Assembly: GCA_002269645.1 (NCBI GenBank)
Contig: NIVC01000104.1
Span: 186,001 to 250,000 of the forward strand
Length of the DNA: 64,000 bases
From: Macrostomum lignano
Lineage: Eukaryota
Direction: 5' to 3'
The notes under the pieces are model-generated. The model did no database searches. It worked only from the letters and a program-made list of their open reading frames with translations, and had not been told where the DNA came from. This document shows positions 62,756-64,000 of this stretch, in pieces. Positions within the stretch are counted from its first letter, which is position 1. Each line of letters starts with the position of its first letter. Both the position numbers and the translations under genes were made by a program.

Positions 62756-63199
62756 GAATTTACTCAGGTTGGTATGATTGAACTGAGAAGTTGCTCGAAG
62801 GTACGCTTTTCTCAGGAGAATCCGCTCAAGTTATAGAGCCAATATTCTGAAACTGAGTGTGGATACTCCAGTCAATACGACTGAAACTCTTGGCACACAT
62901 ATAAATTGGATAACTGTTAAGTCTATGAAATCATTTTTATAGGCTATGGTAGAGTTTCTGGTTCATTTGCAGCTCGTCAGTTGAGAGAAGTATATTTAGG
63001 GTCGTGTTTCAACATTTCTCTGCGTTGTTTATCCGACGCAAATTGCCATGCCTTTGCTCGACATGAACTGCATACTTTGGTGGTGATATCAGCAGGTTTG
63101 CATCGCGAAGAGATGGGCTTTCTATCTTTCTTTGCTGGCAACTCAGACTAGTGTTACCGATGGACTGGATTACCGGCTCCTGGCGTTGGATGCAGCTAT

Positions 63200-63894
63200 C
63201 AAGGACGACTTAAGTAGAAGGACGGGAAACCTCGTTTCTTAGAAAATTTTTGAAGGCACTTTTTCCCGAAAAAATACACTGCGGAGATAGGAAATTTTCA
63301 TTTTTTCAGCACAAAAATTGCTATAACTTTTGATAGGAGGCAGATCCAGTGTTGATCTTTTGATATGTTGTGCCTTTTTTATTGCTCTATCGATATTTAT
63401 AAAGCTTTCCGTTCAGAAAATTAGGATTCTATGTTAATTTTTTATTCTACGTATATTTTCATGTGTCTTGTGCTTGAAATACATTAGAATGCCACGGCTT
63501 GGCTCTTTGATTTTATGAGTCTATTTTATCCTTCTTACCTGACTGTATAGCAAATAGTCGTAACATAGATGATAAAATAGATTCATAAAACCAAATATTA
63601 GAGCTGTGTCATGCATTTTTGTGATTTTTAGATACAGGAAATATACGTAGAATAAAAAATTAACATAGAATCCTAATTTTCTGAACGGAAAGCTTTATAA
63701 ATATCGATAGAGCAATAAAAAAGGCACAACATATCAAAAGATCAACATTGGATCTGCCTCCTATCAAAAGTTATAGCAATTTTTGTGCTGAAAAAATGAA
63801 AATTTCCTATCTCCGCAGTGTATTTTTTCGGGAAAGAGTGCCTTCAAAAATTTTCTAAGAAACGAGGTTTCCCGTCCTACTTAAGTCGTCCTTG
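63200..63894. mobile_element. Foldback MITE, probably P superfamily; 695 bp with ~256-259-bp TIRs
   Basis: 63200-63458 is the near-perfect reverse complement of 63639-63894 (3-bp indel and a few substitutions). Ends CAAGGACGACTTAAGTAG. Perfect 8-bp TSD GCAGCTAT at 63192-63199 and 63895-63902. Confidence 0.9.
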
Positions 63895-64000
63895 GCAGCT
63901 ATACGCATTGAATCCAGAATTGGAAAATTTGCTTGAAGATCTTGCGGATCTCGGAGTAACTGTCTCTTCCACCAATTGATCGCGTTAATCCTGTCAGAAG

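Overview
Intron-rich invertebrate animal DNA, not prokaryotic; the repeat landscape and gene families suggest a free-living flatworm such as Macrostomum (inference only). I spliced genes by hand using GT-AG sites and phase continuity. They are: a 2-exon myosuppressin/FMRFamide-type GPCR (+); an 11-exon SLC6/NSS transporter with prokaryote-like features (-); a CUB-domain membrane protein nested antisense in that transporter's intron 3 (+); a SAMD9-like AlbA_2/STAND/OB protein whose predicted N-terminus is a membrane anchor rather than a SAM domain (-); a short tensin-like SH2-PTB adaptor (-); an EGF/TSP1 single-pass protein (-); a 16-exon acidic protein with four C-terminal EF-hands, two microexons and one apparent frameshift (-); two near-identical copies of a 62-aa prepropeptide predicted to release FVRVRVRL-amide (-); and a secreted PAN/Apple + ALK-like glycine-rich protein (+). 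Repeats include two tRNA-derived SINE families, hAT-type MITEs with 8-bp TSDs, a P-like foldback MITE and a 34-bp P-type excision footprint, a decayed Ty3/gypsy element, LINE fragments ending in (GACA)n, and many mini- and microsatellites. The best candidates for novel biology are the duplicated cationic peptide precursor and the membrane-anchored SAMD9-like protein.
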